Source of the DNA: an uncultured Alphaproteobacteria bacterium
Lineage (GTDB): Bacteria > Pseudomonadota > Alphaproteobacteria > Rhodobacterales > Rhodobacteraceae
Assembly (NCBI GenBank): GCA_963799505.1
Contig: CAWCXM010000012.1
Coordinates: 1,601-65,600, forward strand
Reading direction: 5' to 3'
DNA length: 64,000 nucleotides
The position numbers were made by a program, and so were the translations under genes. The notes beneath the pieces are model-generated. The model saw only the letters and a list, made by a program, of their open reading frames with translations. It searched no databases and was not told the origin of the DNA. Below, in pieces: positions 8,586-17,299 of this stretch (position 1 is its first letter; every line of letters begins with the position of its first letter).

Positions 8586-10178
8586 GCTTATTTTGTTGAA
8601 GAACTCTTGCTTTGGAGCAAGTCATTTGATTCACTCATTATTGTAGGATGAGGAGGGATTTGACGATGATGGGTGTTCAAGAAGCTCCGGCGCGGTTGTT
8701 TTATGACTTTGAGCTTGAGGCACATGTGCCCGCCAATCACATCCTGCGGGAGATTGATCGGTTTCTCGATGTCAGGCACCATTCATCAGCAGCTTGCTCC
8801 GCATTACAGCCATCTAGGCCGGCCTTCGGTTGACCCGGAACTGATCGTGCGGATGTTAGTGGTTGGGTATGTTTCGGCATTCGATCAGAGCGGCGTCTGT
8901 GCGATGAGGTTCATTTGAACCTGGCATATCGGTGGTTCTGTCGCCTCGATCTGAACAGTAAAGTGCCCGATCACAGCACCTTCTCAAAGTACCGCCACGG
9001 CAAATTCCGGGACAGCGATTTGCTCCGGTCAGTGTTCGAAGCCACCGTTGCGCGCTGCATTTCTGAAGGTCTCGTTGGCGGCCACGGCTTTGCCGTTGAT
9101 GCCAGTTTGATTGAGGCAGATGTCGACAGGATGAACTCCACTGCACAGTCGGATTGGGACGTATCGGCAATCAATCCGGACGATGCACCGCGGGCAGTCA
9201 GGGAGTATCTCGACGTTCTTGACGACAAGGCGTTTGGTGCATCGACCCCGGTCAAACCTAAGTTCACGTCTCACTCCGATCCGGCCAGCCAATGGACTGC
9301 AGCGCGCAAAGGTCCGGCGATCTTTTGTTATTCGAACAACTATCTGATCGATACGGATCATTCCGTCATCGTCGATGTCGAGGCAACACGTTCCATCAGG
9401 CAGGCCGAAGTGGGGGCCGCGCAAACTATGATTGATCGCACGGAAGAGCGTTTCAGCGTCAAACCAGACTGGCTGGTCGCAGATACCGCTTACGGCTCGG
9501 CGGAGAATCTGGCGTGGCTGACAAAAAAGCGCAGCATCATTCCCTTCATCCCATTGATCGACAAATCAGAGCGAACAGATGGCACATTCTCTCGTTCAGA
9601 CTTCGAATGGGACGAAGACAATGACCGCTATACCTGCCCTGAAGGCCAGCACCTGTTGCAGTCTCGCCGGACCTACTCCGACCCGCGCAGGAAAGAACCA
9701 AAAACCGGGCGGCGCAGATACCGCGCCACCAAGGCCACATGTGATGCCTGCCCGTCGAAGTCGAAATGCTGCCCAAACACAAACACCCGCTTCATTGGCC
9801 GCGAGGAACATGAAGATGCGCGTGACTTTGCCCGACTGGCTGCCAAGTCTCCCTTCAACCCCAAGGCCCAGGCCAAACGCAAAAAGGTCGAGATGCTATT
9901 CGCCCACCTCAAACGCATTCTTGGCCTAGGACGGCTCCGGCTTCGAGGGCCCTGCGGTGTACAGGACGAATTTACGCTCGCAGCAATCGCCCAGAACCTC
10001 CGAAAACTTGCAAAACTAAGACCCAAGACCGCCGAAACAAGGATCATGATATGATCTGAACCGGCAAAACGACAGACCAACAAGCCGCCCAGTACAACGG
10101 GCGGAACAGAAAGCCTGCGACCAACGCCGCAAGGCGGCTAACCTCCCAAATCACGGCGACTTCTTCAACAAAATAGGC
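8586..10178 (+). mobile_element. IS5/IS1182-superfamily insertion sequence (about 1.6 kb, most like the IS1182 family)
   Basis: A perfect 15-bp terminal inverted repeat, TATTTTGTTGAAGAA, lies at 8589-8603, with its reverse complement at 10161-10175. It encloses a single long transposase reading frame. Confidence 0.8.
8666..10054 (+). pseudogene. IS1182-like DDE transposase with two compensating frameshifts
   Basis: MMGVQEAPARLFYDFELEAHVPANHILREIDRFLDV is in frame 2. It is followed by HQQLAPHYSHLGRPSVDPELIVRMLVVGY in frame 0, and then FGIRSERRLCDEVHLNLAYRWFCRLDL...DHSTFSKYRHGKF...LRLRGPCGVQDEFTLAAIAQNLRKLAKL back in frame 2. The shifts are near 8775 and 8868. An AGGAGGG RBS sits upstream of ATG 8666. 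Confidence 0.8.
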
Positions 10179-10265
10179 TCAAAGCCGCCATTCGCCGCAT
10201 TTTACACCGACGTCCGCCCCTGCCCGACCACTACCTTGGTCACGCGACAGGAGACCGCACACCCC

Positions 10266-10961
10266 TTACCCCTCCATCGGCCTGCCACGCAGTCTGAGGA
10301 ACAGGCTTTCCTCGTCGTTGTTCTTGAAAAACGGCACGCTGGCGGGTGGATTGCGGTCCTTTGCGCGGGCTTCGACTTCGGCCATGACGACTTCGGTGAT
10401 GAAGGGCATGTCGAAACTGCGGGCCTCGGACAGGGGCACCCATTGCAGGTGCGAAAGCTCGTCGCAGGCGGCGTCGAAGTCGTCGAGGTCGCTGGCGATG
10501 TCATCGGCGTCGACCAGAAAGAAGCGCGCGTCGAAGCGGCGCGGGCGGCCGGGGGGCGTCAGGGCGCGGAAGGTGAATTGCAGGGGTGCCGCATGGGGCA
10601 CATGGCCGGTGGCGGCGAAGGTTTCCCAGTCGGGGGGCGGGGGAATGTCCCAGGTGCCGGGACGGCCCAGGATCAGGCCCGTTTCCTCCCACAATTCGCG
10701 GATGGCGGCGACGGCGATGGCATGGGCGAGCGTCGGGTCGGCGTCTTCGGTCAGCCGTGCGGCGCAAAGATCGGGCAGGGGGGCGGCCAGCGGGATATGC
10801 GCGTCCCCCGGATCGACCGCACCGCCGGGAAAGACGAACTTGTTGGGCATGAACACCGCCTTGGCGCCCCGCTGGCCCATCAGGATGCGTGGGCTCTCAT
10901 GGCGGTCGCGCAGCACGATCACCGTGGCCGCGTTCCGTATCTGGCTTTTGTCGATGGTCAT
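10266..10961 (-). CDS. NUDIX hydrolase
   Basis: A Nudix box is present: GGAVDPGD...AAIRELWEETGL. Confidence 0.85.
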   Translation of the reverse strand: MTIDKSQIRNAATVIVLRDRHESPRILMGQRGAKAVFMPNKFVFPGGAVDPGDAHIPLAAPLPDLCAARLTEDADPTLAHAIAVAAIRELWEETGLILGRPGTWDIPPPPDWETFAATGHVPHAAPLQFTFRALTPPGRPRRFDARFFLVDADDIASDLDDFDAACDELSHLQWVPLSEARSFDMPFITEVVMAEVEARAKDRNPPASVPFFKNNDEESLFLRLRGRPMEG

Positions 10962-11000
10962 GCGCGCCCTCCTGGTCTGTGGTGTGACCGGAGGGTGGGA

Positions 11001-11420
11001 TCAGGTGACAGTGCCGAAACCGCCCATCCCGCGTGCCCATTGAAAGCCGATCATGGCCCCCTTCAGTCGAGGCAGAAGGTAGAGGGAGAGGCCGACACAT
11101 CCAACCGCAAAAATCGTGAAGAGGGTCAGAGGTTCGGGCCGCCAGGTCACGAAGACCCAGTGCAGCATGGGGGCCATCAGGTGCCCGACGAACAGAATGG
11201 TGAGATAGGCGGGCCCGTCATCGGCGCGGTGGTGGTGAAATTCCTGACGGCACACGGCGCAGTGGTCGTTGACCTTGAGGTAGCTTTTCAGCAGCGGGCC
11301 GGAGCCGCACCTGGGGCATTTGCCGCGCCAGCCGCGCAACATGGCACCCCAGCGGGAGCGGTCGGTTTCGGTGTCATCTGTGGATGAGCGGTCTGCGACG
11401 GGCTGCGCGAAATCAGGCAT
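11001..11420 (-). CDS. DUF983-family zinc-ribbon membrane protein
   Basis: CPRCGSG...CAVC is followed by two TM helices. An AAGGAGA RBS precedes the ATG (cat at 11418-11420). Confidence 0.75.
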   Translation of the reverse strand: MPDFAQPVADRSSTDDTETDRSRWGAMLRGWRGKCPRCGSGPLLKSYLKVNDHCAVCRQEFHHHRADDGPAYLTILFVGHLMAPMLHWVFVTWRPEPLTLFTIFAVGCVGLSLYLLPRLKGAMIGFQWARGMGGFGTVT

Positions 11421-11615
11421 GTCGTCTCCTTTGTTGTGCTTCATTTGCGCTTGTTGGTTCGAAAAATAAAGGGTGGAGGTGGCGGTTGCGGCGCGATGTC
11501 GCGACTTTTTTCCCGAACCGTTGCAATTTCTGCGACGGAACACCGGGGATGGCCCGTTTGAAGGGTATGTGGCCAGACAGAACAGGCCATCGACAGAGCA
11601 TACAGGAGAACGACG

Positions 11616-12263
11616 ATGATGAAGTCAAATGTGAAGATCGCGGTGCTGAGCGGATTGATCGCGGTGGGGGCCATTGCCGCCAACGCCCAGACCGGTCCTG
11701 CCAAGGGCGACCGCGCCGCGATGTTCGGGCAGATCGACACCGACGGCAACGGCGCGCTGACACAGCAGGAACTGCAGGCGCACGCAGAGGCCCGGTTCGC
11801 GCGGATGGACACCAACGGCGACGGGATGTTGAGCATGGACGAGATGCAAAGCCAGCGTGAGGCAGGGCGGGGCCGGATGATGGCGCGGCTGGACACCGAC
11901 AATGACGGTTCATTGACGGCGGCAGAGCTGGAAGCGGCAGGCAACGGCAAAGGCGGCAAGCGCGCGCAGAAGATGCTGGAACGGCTGGATGCCAACGATG
12001 ATGGCACGCTGGACGCGGCCGAGCTTGAGGCAGCGGCGGCCAAGCGTGATGAAAAACGCGGCGAGCGTGCGCAGAAGATGCTGGAGCGGGTCGACACCGA
12101 CGGTGACGGCATGGTGTCCCTGGCCGAGATCACCGCACGACGCGACCCCGCCAGAATGTTCGAGCGGCTGGATGCGGACAAGAACGGTGCGATCAGCGCC
12201 GAGGAGTTCGCGCAGGCCCGCCACCACGGCGGCAAGCGCCACAAGGACGGCGACAAGGGCTGA
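11616..12263 (+). CDS. Secreted EF-hand calcium-binding protein with six DxDxDG loops
   Basis: A signal peptide MMKSNVKIAVLSGLIAVGAIAANAQ is present. The loops are DTDGNGALTQQE, DTNGDGMLSMDE, DTDNDGSLTAAE, DANDDGTLDAAE, DTDGDGMVSLAE and DADKNGAISAEE. The unit RAQKMLER(L/V)D is repeated internally. Confidence 0.85.
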   Translation: MMKSNVKIAVLSGLIAVGAIAANAQTGPAKGDRAAMFGQIDTDGNGALTQQELQAHAEARFARMDTNGDGMLSMDEMQSQREAGRGRMMARLDTDNDGSLTAAELEAAGNGKGGKRAQKMLERLDANDDGTLDAAELEAAAAKRDEKRGERAQKMLERVDTDGDGMVSLAEITARRDPARMFERLDADKNGAISAEEFAQARHHGGKRHKDGDKG

Positions 12264-12319
12264 TGGTCCTGGCCGGACACTCTTGTCACGGGCGTCCGGC
12301 CCGCTTAGCCACTGGCGTG

Positions 12320-12907
12320 ATGTCTGACCCCTTGTCCTCTGACGCCGGTGACGGTGAAGCAGCATTGCTGCGCCGCTATGCGGCGGGCGACCCGGCAGCC
12401 GCACGGCTGTTGGCGCAGGCGCTGACGCCGCGGCTTTATGGTCACGCGTTGCGTGTGCTGGGGGACGGGGCAGAGGCCGAGGATGTCACGCAGGAGGCGC
12501 TGCTGCGGCTGTGGCGGATCGCGCCGGACTGGCGGACGGGGGAGGCCAAGGTATCGACCTGGCTGTACCGGGTGGTGGCTAATCTGTGCACCGACCGGCT
12601 GCGCAAGCGGCGCAGCACCGGGATGGACGACATTGACGAGCCTGCCGATCCGACCCCCGGTGTGGAGGCGCGTCTGCAGGCGGTGGCCCGCCATGATGCG
12701 TTGCAGCGGGCGTTGAACGATCTGCCGGACAGGCAAAGACAAGCGGTGGTGCTGCGCCACATCGACGGGCTGACCAACCCCGAGATCGCGGAGATCCTGG
12801 ATGCCGGGGTCGAGGCGGTCGAGAGCCTGACGGCACGGGGCAAGAGGGCGCTGAGCCTTGCATTGGAAGCACAGCGTGAGGCATTGGGATATGAAGATGA
12901 TGGATAA
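12320..12907 (+). CDS. ECF-type RNA polymerase sigma-70 family factor
   Basis: Region 2 (EDVTQEALLRLWR...WLYRVVANLCTDRLRKR) and region 4 (LPDRQRQAVVLRHIDGLTNPEIAEIL) are present. Confidence 0.9.
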   Translation: MSDPLSSDAGDGEAALLRRYAAGDPAAARLLAQALTPRLYGHALRVLGDGAEAEDVTQEALLRLWRIAPDWRTGEAKVSTWLYRVVANLCTDRLRKRRSTGMDDIDEPADPTPGVEARLQAVARHDALQRALNDLPDRQRQAVVLRHIDGLTNPEIAEILDAGVEAVESLTARGKRALSLALEAQREALGYEDDG

Positions 12908-13259
12908 CGACACACCCACGGATGCCGGGCTTGACGCCTTGTTCGACCGCGCCCGCGCGGCGCCCCCTGTCGTGCCGGATGCGCTGATGGCGCGGGTGCT
13001 GGCGGATGCGGCCGCAGCGCAGCCGGTGCGGGGCGGATCGCGTGCAGGCTGGCGCAGGTGGGTCGCGGCATTGGGCGGCGCACCGGCGCTGGGCGGTCTG
13101 GTGACGGCAAGTTGTCTGGGCTTCTGGCTGGGCTTTGCGCCGCCCGACACGCTGCCCGACGTGGCGGGACAGGTCTGGGGCGTGGAAACGGTCGTCGAGG
13201 ATGACAGCTGGGACGGGATCGAACTGATCGCCTTCGGCTGGGACATCGAGGAAGGATAA
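12891..13259 (+). CDS. Putative anti-sigma factor, single-pass membrane protein
   Basis: It overlaps the end of the sigma gene. One TM helix is present (GGAPALGGLVTASCLGFWLGF). The start codon is uncertain (12891, 12897 or 12900). Confidence 0.55.
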   Translation: MKMMDNDTPTDAGLDALFDRARAAPPVVPDALMARVLADAAAAQPVRGGSRAGWRRWVAALGGAPALGGLVTASCLGFWLGFAPPDTLPDVAGQVWGVETVVEDDSWDGIELIAFGWDIEEG

Positions 13260-13262
13260 GGG

Positions 13263-13772
13263 ATGGATCAAGCAGCGCCAAAGCGGGGCAAGGGCCGGGC
13301 GATGAAAGTGGTGCTGGCCCTGTCGCTTGCGGTGAACTTTGTGGTTCTGGGGCTGGCCGCGGGGGCCGCCTGGCGGTTCTCGGGCGAGGACCGCGACGGG
13401 CGGCGCGGCCCGCCTGCGGTGCAGAGCTATGGTGCGCCCTATATCCGCGCCCTGCCGCGCGAGGTGCGCCGTGAATTGGGACGCAGCCTGCGCCGGGATG
13501 CCGGACTGCCGGACCGGTCGGAACGGCGTGATCAATATGCCCGCGTGATCGCGCTGCTGCGCGATGCGCAGTTCGATACGCAGGCCGTGCGGGAGATTTT
13601 CGAGGCGCAGCGTCTTGGCGCGGACAGCCTGCAGACGCGGGCGCAGGACGGCTGGATCGCGCTGGTCGCGCAGATGGGGCAAGCGGAACGCGCCGCTGTG
13701 GCCGACCGGCTGGAAGAGCAATTGAACCGCCGCGGCAAGAAGCGCGACCCCGACGGCCCCCCTGACCGCTGA
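13263..13772 (+). CDS. Periplasmic Spy/CpxP-like ('heavy metal sensor') protein
   Basis: It has an N-terminal TM/signal segment and a helical, R/E/Q-rich body. Its position immediately after the sigma/anti-sigma pair is typical for this family. Confidence 0.55.
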   Translation: MDQAAPKRGKGRAMKVVLALSLAVNFVVLGLAAGAAWRFSGEDRDGRRGPPAVQSYGAPYIRALPREVRRELGRSLRRDAGLPDRSERRDQYARVIALLRDAQFDTQAVREIFEAQRLGADSLQTRAQDGWIALVAQMGQAERAAVADRLEEQLNRRGKKRDPDGPPDR

Positions 13773-13836
13773 CAGCACCGCTTGCCCCACCAACGGGCGC
13801 AGGGTAGGGACGTTTGACCGAAAGCGGAGCGGACCT

Positions 13837-14328
13837 GTGAAATTTGAAGATGAGAACGAGGTTCTGGCGACCGTCAGCGCATCGACGGGGCGGCGGGTTC
13901 TGGGACTTGGCGCGCTGGGCTTGCTGGGGGTGATGATGATCTACATCGCGCTGGACCGGTCGCCGGCGGTGGGCTGGCAGGTCTTTTTTGTCGGGATCGG
14001 GCTGGGGGCCATCTGGCTGGCCGATGCCATGCGCCGCGCCACGGCCAGCAAGATCGAATTGACGCCGCTGGTGCTGCGCGACGCGGATGGCACCGTGATC
14101 GCGCGGGTTGCGGATATTCAGGGCATGGACCGGGGCTTTTTCGCGTTCAAACCGTCAAACGGTTTCCTGCTCAAGACCGCGACGCCGGGCAGCCGCCAGT
14201 GGCGGCCCGGTCTGTGGTGGCGCACGGGGCGGCGCATCGGCATCGGGGGCATGACGCCGGGGTCGCAGACCAAGTATATGTCGGAAATTCTGGCCGCGAT
14301 GATGGCCACCCGCGACACCATCAGTTGA
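13837..14328 (+). CDS. Hypothetical membrane protein (two N-terminal TM helices plus a soluble domain)
   Basis: It is a 163-codon ORF with a GTG start. The helices are LGLGALGLLGVMMIYIAL and VFFVGIGLGAIWLA. Confidence 0.55.
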   Translation: MKFEDENEVLATVSASTGRRVLGLGALGLLGVMMIYIALDRSPAVGWQVFFVGIGLGAIWLADAMRRATASKIELTPLVLRDADGTVIARVADIQGMDRGFFAFKPSNGFLLKTATPGSRQWRPGLWWRTGRRIGIGGMTPGSQTKYMSEILAAMMATRDTIS

Positions 14329-14344
14329 GCGACAGATGCGAAAC

Positions 14345-14374
14345 GGCCCGCACCGGGAAGGATGCGGGCCATTT
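14345..14374. terminator. Hairpin between convergent genes, likely a bidirectional terminator
   Basis: ggcccgca (14345-14352) pairs with tgcgggcc (14363-14370) in a perfect 8-bp stem, followed by ATTT. Confidence 0.45.
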
Positions 14375-14398
14375 GATCTGATCAGCGCGCGCCGTGTT

Positions 14399-14956
14399 TC
14401 AGTTGCACTGTTCCCAGCAGACGCGGGGTGCAAAGCGCGGGCGCGTGAACACGAAGTTCTTGATCTCGCGTTGCTCCAGCCCGGTGGCGAAGGGCGGATC
14501 GTATTCGCTCCATGTCTCGACCAGCATCACGCGTTCGTTGTCGGGCATGACAGGCAGTTTGGTGCCCCAGTCGCGCACGTCCTCGTTGGTCAGTTCCACC
14601 ACGGACCCGGCAGTCTTGGACCAGTCGCGGAAGAAGCGGTCGCCCGCGGCGTCATAGACCAGCGAGGTGACGCGGATCGCCGATTTGCCCTGGCTGCGCG
14701 ACAGATATTCGTAAAGCTGCAGCGATCCTTCGATATAGGCCGTGTCGATCGGTGCCGTCTCGCGGGAGATGGAGTCGCCGATGGTGAAGGCGGCCTTCTG
14801 GTGGATGCTGTAGTTCCGGAAGGTCTCGAAGATCGAGAAGACCGACAGGAAGGTCCAGAACATCATCGGCATGATGATCATCGCTTCGATGGCGATGGTC
14901 CCATCCTCGCGCCGGCCAAACCCGGCCAACGCGGACTTTATGCGGTTGAAAAGCAT
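14399..14956 (-). CDS. TadE/TadF-like pseudopilin-type protein
   Basis: The N-terminus RREDGTIAIEAMIIMPMMFWTFLSVF is a TadE-like hydrophobic segment. Confidence 0.7.
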   Translation of the reverse strand: MLFNRIKSALAGFGRREDGTIAIEAMIIMPMMFWTFLSVFSIFETFRNYSIHQKAAFTIGDSISRETAPIDTAYIEGSLQLYEYLSRSQGKSAIRVTSLVYDAAGDRFFRDWSKTAGSVVELTNEDVRDWGTKLPVMPDNERVMLVETWSEYDPPFATGLEQREIKNFVFTRPRFAPRVCWEQCN

Positions 14957-15498
14957 TATCCTGGCTCCTGTACGAAGGCGGCACTTGAAATCAGTCGGGC
15001 CTCATTGGGCGCTTGCCCCTCGAGCATCTCCTTGCCGAGACCCGTGGTGGGGAAGAGCGGCTTGAAGCGGATGCAGGCCCGCATCATCATCATCTGGTTT
15101 TCCTGTCCAAGGGTGAATCCCTGGATCGGCTTTGCGGGGTCTGCCACATCGACGCAATCGGCGGTCTGGTTGAACTGCGCGAACTGGCGCGGGTTCACGG
15201 TGGTCATTTCCAGGCGCAGGGTCTCGTCGCAGTTTTCCAGCCAACCCACGTTCTGACAGATCAGGTTCTTGATGTCGTCATGGGTGTGGGTGACGCTGGT
15301 GTTCAGGCGGATGTGGCGCACCGCAATGTCGAGGCCCCGGTCCAGATACATCTGGCGCATGGAGTAGATACCCATTTCCACCGACATCAGGAAAGCCCCG
15401 AAGAGAAGCGGCACGAAGATGCAGAATTCGATCAACATGGCCGAGCCGTCCTCGCTGCGGCGGAAGCGCCGCAGCCGATTTTTCAAAGACTGTATCAT
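14956..15498 (-). CDS. TadE-like protein
   Basis: The N-terminus RSEDGSAMLIEFCIFVPLLFGAFLMSVEMG is TadE-like. Its stop abuts the downstream paralogue. Confidence 0.7.
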   Translation of the reverse strand: MIQSLKNRLRRFRRSEDGSAMLIEFCIFVPLLFGAFLMSVEMGIYSMRQMYLDRGLDIAVRHIRLNTSVTHTHDDIKNLICQNVGWLENCDETLRLEMTTVNPRQFAQFNQTADCVDVADPAKPIQGFTLGQENQMMMMRACIRFKPLFPTTGLGKEMLEGQAPNEARLISSAAFVQEPG

Positions 15499-16952
15499 TG
15501 TGTGAGCCTCAGCTGGTTGATCTGCCGTGCAATCGCTTCGAATGCCTCGGTGATCTCGATACCTTCCACCCGGAAGAAGTGGCTGGGCGAGGAGGCGCAG
15601 TTGCGCATCACGTTGGCACCGTGATCCGTCACTTCGAAACCGATGGACCAGATGACGATCTTCTTGTCCTTGGCGGCGCTACAGACACTGGACAGCAGCG
15701 CATCTGCCTGAGAGGGCGAGTACTTGTTGTACTTCCACATCCAGTGGTCACGCGACCGGACATAGCGGTCCAGATACCAGTTCAGGGGATAGTTGCTCCA
15801 GTGCAGCCTGTGGTTGTAGTTGGCGTAGTACCGGTTGTCGATCCGCTGCGTGGTGACGTTTTCGCCGTCGGTCATCAGGATGATGGTCTTGAGCGTGTCG
15901 CTTGAGCTGGGGTTGTCCGCTGGCGGGAAGTCAGCCGGGCGGTCGCGGAACACAGGGTCGAGACCCGTGCGTGTCGGCAGAACCTGGTTGAACGAGCGCC
16001 ATGCAGGATCCAGCATCGCCACACCCCATTTCATCCCCAGATGAATGGCCGTGTTGGCCCGTGGCTCGAACTGGTTGATCTGCGCCTTCAGAGCGGCCTT
16101 GTCCTGCGAAAAGACGGTAATCTCTTCGAAACCCCGTTTCGGGCAGCCGGGGTTGTCGATGTTGTCTTCCCCATTGTTGCGACCGTTCCAGGAGTAGCCC
16201 GCATCGAAATGCTGCATGTGGGTGTAGGATGGCCCCGAATTGCCGTACCGGATCGACGTGGTGAGAAAGTCACTGTCGGCAAAGTCCACACAGGACGACC
16301 ATTCGTGCTGGCGGGTCACCTTCATCCGGCTGAAGATATCAGCGCCGGCGTTCACCTGCGCAGTATAGGGGATCACGGAAACCGAGATGAGATCCCGGTT
16401 CGCCGGGGTCAGCACCGCATCCAGAAACGCCCCCGCAGCAGCGTGCAGGTTGGGCATCTTGTTGTTTTCGCGCATGGAGCCCGAAATATCGAGCACCATC
16501 GAAATCTCGACCTTCTCGACCTTCTCTTCGGCGGTCGAGAGGGCAGGCACGGTCAGCGTGTTCGTTCCGAGGTAATCCATGAACTGGGTGTTCATCGTTG
16601 TGCTGGCATCGACCGTGACGGTGCGGAAGTTGATCCCTTCGTCCACGGTGACCTTGGAGACATAGTCGGCCATGCCGGATTTCGCGAAATAGTCGCGGAC
16701 CACCGATTCAGGGTCCAGTGTCTGGTCGAGGTCGGCCGCGGCAAGCACGGCACGGTCCGCCACCGCCTGAATGCGGGTGCGTTCCATCTCGTGGCGCATC
16801 ATGTCGACGCCGATGCCACCGATCATGACCATACAGAAAATCATGAAGCAGGCAAAGATCGTCACGCTGCCTTCCTCCTGCTTTGCAAAGCTGCGCGACA
16901 GGGCGAGCAACTCGTTTGCATGGAAGCGTTTGTTCCGTGGATCTCGTTTCAT
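15495..16952 (-). CDS. TadG-like protein with a von Willebrand factor A domain
   Basis: The N-terminus QEEGSVTIFACFMIFCMVMIGGIGVDM is TadG/Flp-pilus-assembly-like. A vWA MIDAS motif VLDISGSM is present. The ATG is cat at 16950-16952. Confidence 0.75.
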   Translation of the reverse strand: MKRDPRNKRFHANELLALSRSFAKQEEGSVTIFACFMIFCMVMIGGIGVDMMRHEMERTRIQAVADRAVLAAADLDQTLDPESVVRDYFAKSGMADYVSKVTVDEGINFRTVTVDASTTMNTQFMDYLGTNTLTVPALSTAEEKVEKVEISMVLDISGSMRENNKMPNLHAAAGAFLDAVLTPANRDLISVSVIPYTAQVNAGADIFSRMKVTRQHEWSSCVDFADSDFLTTSIRYGNSGPSYTHMQHFDAGYSWNGRNNGEDNIDNPGCPKRGFEEITVFSQDKAALKAQINQFEPRANTAIHLGMKWGVAMLDPAWRSFNQVLPTRTGLDPVFRDRPADFPPADNPSSSDTLKTIILMTDGENVTTQRIDNRYYANYNHRLHWSNYPLNWYLDRYVRSRDHWMWKYNKYSPSQADALLSSVCSAAKDKKIVIWSIGFEVTDHGANVMRNCASSPSHFFRVEGIEITEAFEAIARQINQLRLTQ

Positions 16953-17299
16953 AATCGTTAACCTTTCCAGCCGGCCCCTTTTGGAGCACCCCAGTCCTGG
17001 GGCGGACTTTTCCGTTGAACCCTTGTGATCCCGGAACGTGGCGAAAATTAGGCAAATCATTGGCAAATATAGACTTTTTAGGTTGGGTTTGTGCCGCAAT
17101 CCTGCCATCGGGATGCCTCTGTTGCGCGCGGGTGAACAATGCGGCCACGCGCAGGTGAAAAGGCCGACATGGTTGACGGGCGGGCGTTAACGATAAATCA
17201 AGTCGTGGACAGCACATGGTTCTGGTAGAAAGACACCAGGGCAGGCCCGGTGCGTTCGGCACGCGGGGCGCTGTCGCAACATTCAGGGGGGAGACCGCG

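Noticed and set aside
8666-10054. Programmed ribosomal frameshifting in the IS transposase.
   Set aside because: IS5/IS1182-type elements encode a single uninterrupted transposase. Here there are two compensating shifts with no slippery heptamer such as AAAAAAG at either site, so mutation or sequencing error is more likely.
17258-17271. A sigma-54-like promoter (cGGCACG-N4-GCGCT) about 30 nt upstream of the glutamate dehydrogenase start.
   Set aside because: Only the -24 GG and the -12 GC with correct spacing are present. The flanking consensus (TGGCAC / TTGCA) is poorly matched, and such strings arise easily in GC-rich DNA.
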